NCBI GenBank assembly: GCA_030390025.1
Contig: CM059432.1
Location: forward strand, 71,116,001-71,180,000
DNA length: 64,000 bases
Origin: Squalus acanthias
Taxonomy: Eukaryota
Direction: 5' to 3'
Below, piece by piece: positions 61,921 through 64,000 of the stretch. Position 1 is the stretch's first letter, and every line of letters starts with the position of its first letter. The notes under the pieces were generated by a model that saw only the letters and a program-made list of their open reading frames with translations, searched no databases and was not told where the DNA came from. Made by a program: the position numbers and the translations under genes.

Positions 61921-64000
61921 CCCCCTGTATCTTTTGCCCAAAACCTTAAATCTGTGTCCCCTAGTCCTTGTACCATCAACTTGTGGGAACAGCCTTTCCC
62001 CGTCTAGCCTATCCAAACCTGTCATAATCTTGTACACCTCTATCAAATCACCCCTCAATCTCCTTTGCTCTAATGAAAACAAATCCAGCTTCTCCCACCT
62101 GTCCTTGTAGCTAAGATCCCCCATCCCCAGAACCATTCTGGTAAATCTCCTCTGCACCCTCTCAAGGGCCTTCACATCCTTCCTAAAGCGTGGTGACCAG
62201 AACTGGACGCAATACTCCAGTTGTGGCCTAACCAGCGCTTTATAAAGATTCAGCATAACTTCTCTACTTTTGTACTCAATAACTCTATTTATGAAGTCCA
62301 AGATCCCATATGCTTTGCTAACCACTCTCTCAATATGTCCTGCCACCTTCAGGGACCTATGCACATTAACTCCCAGGTACCTCTGTCCCTGCACACTCTT
62401 TAAAACTGTGCCATTAAGTGTATATTGCCTCTCCCTGTTCCTTCTGCCAAAATGCATCACCTCACACTTCTCTGTATTAAATTCCATCTGCCACTTGTCT
62501 GCCCATTTTGCTAGCCTTTCTATGTCCTGTTGCAGTTGATTGCTATCATCCTCACTGTTTGCCACACCTGCAAGTTTGGTGTCATCGGCAAATTTAGAAA
62601 TTCTACTCTGTATTCCAATATCCAGGTCATTTATATATATATCAAAAAAAGCAGTGGCTCCAGCACTGACCCTTGAGGAACACCACTGTCTACCATCCTC
62701 CAGTCTGAAAAACAGCTATTTACCACAACTCGCTGTTTTCTGTCCTTAAGCCAATTCCTTATCCAAGCTGCCAATGACCCACCTATTCCATGAGCCTCAA
62801 TTTTGTTAACCAGCCTTCTATGTGGTACTTTGTCAAACGCCTTCCTAAAATCCATGTAGACAACATCCATTGCATTCCCTTCATCAATCCTCTCTGTTAC
62901 TTCATCAAAAAATTAAATTAAATTAGTCAAACACGATCTGCCTTTTACAAATCCGTGTTGGCTCTCCTTAATTAGCTTAAACCTTTCCAAGTGCCCGTTA
63001 ATTTTTTCCTTGATTAATGTTTCTAAAATTTTACCCATCACTGATGTTAAATTGACCGGCCTGTAGTTACTAGGATTGTCCTTATACCCTTTCTTGAACA
63101 ATGGTGTCACATTTGCCACTTTCCAATCCTTAGGCACCTCCCCTGCATCTAGGGAAGATTGGAAAATTATGGCAAGCCCTTCCGCTATCTCCTCCCCCAA
63201 TTCCCTTAGCAACCTGGGATGCAAGCCATCTGGACCAGGCGACTTGTCCATTCTAAGCATACTCAGCCTTTCTAGTACACCCTGTCTATCAATTTTCACC
63301 CCTTCCATTGCTTCTACCTTTTCCACTTCTACCAATTTTTTGTCAGCATCCACCTCCTTAGTAAACACCGATGCAAAGTACTCATTGAGTATTCTAGCCT
63401 TGCCCTGCGCCTCTAAACATATATCACCTTCTTTGTCTCTCATAAGCCCCACGCCGCCTCTTACTACCCGCTTACTGTTTACATGCCGGTAGAAGATTTT
63501 TGGGTTCCCTTTTATGTTAACCGCCATTCTACTCTCATATTCTCTCTTTGCCAATCTTATTTTCATCTTCACTTCCCCTCTCAACTTATTGTATTTGGTC
63601 TGGTTCTCCCTTGAAGAATTCACCTGACATGCATCATACACCCTCTTTCTTTGTTTCATCATCTTCTCTATCTCCCTTGTCAACCAAGGAGGGCTTGCTT
63701 TGGTTCCCTTACCTTTCCCTCTTGTTGGAATGTACCTAGCCTGTACTTGGAACATCTCCTCCTTAAAGATCACCCATTGTTCCGTTACAGTTTTTCCTGT
63801 CAGTCTTTGGTTCCATTTTACCCTGGCTAGATCCTTTCACATCCCATTGAAGTTACCCCTATTCCAGTTTAGAAGTTCCATTCTAGATTGTTCCTTGCTC
63901 CTCTCCATTGCTAATCTAAATCTTATGATACGATGATCACTCATACCCAAATGTTCTCCCACAGACACTTGGTCGACCTGGCCCACCTCATTCCCCAGCA
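61921..64000 (-). mobile_element. CR1 LINE ORF2 (end of APE, RT, C-terminus), continues off window
   Basis: KSPGPDGLHPRLL, NYRPVNLTS, QHGFVKGRSCLTNL, GVPQGSVL, RRLRGDLIEVYKI. Confidence 0.92.

Overview
Vertebrate, almost certainly elasmobranch (shark/ray), intronic or intergenic DNA. The taxon is inferred from the HE1-type V-SINE, the SacSINE1-type DeuSINEs and the CR1/L2/Penelope mix. Most of the 64 kb is transposable element, and I could not identify any intact host gene (one orphan 90-nt exon candidate at 41273-41362). PIF/Harbinger elements include a full-length decayed Myb+transposase element (24511-33018), a three-level nested stack (4986-11910) and several MITEs. A young CsRn1-clade Gypsy (26693-31037) sits inside that Harbinger. 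There are also three long solo LTRs with 4-bp TSDs, hAT MITEs, and L1-Tx1, CR1, L2 and Penelope fragments, the last with hammerhead remnants. The most striking observation is a CR1-group LINE family (55461-57625, 12222-16887, 14476-16010) that starts with a tRNA-type A/B-box head, runs into APE-RT with no ORF1, and has no TTTT on its sense strand in my manual scan of three copies. Its head+tail deletion derivative is present as a SINE (61571-61893). This pattern suggests a protein-coding LINE transcribed by RNA polymerase III. Boundaries without a TSD are approximate, and all identities are by eye.
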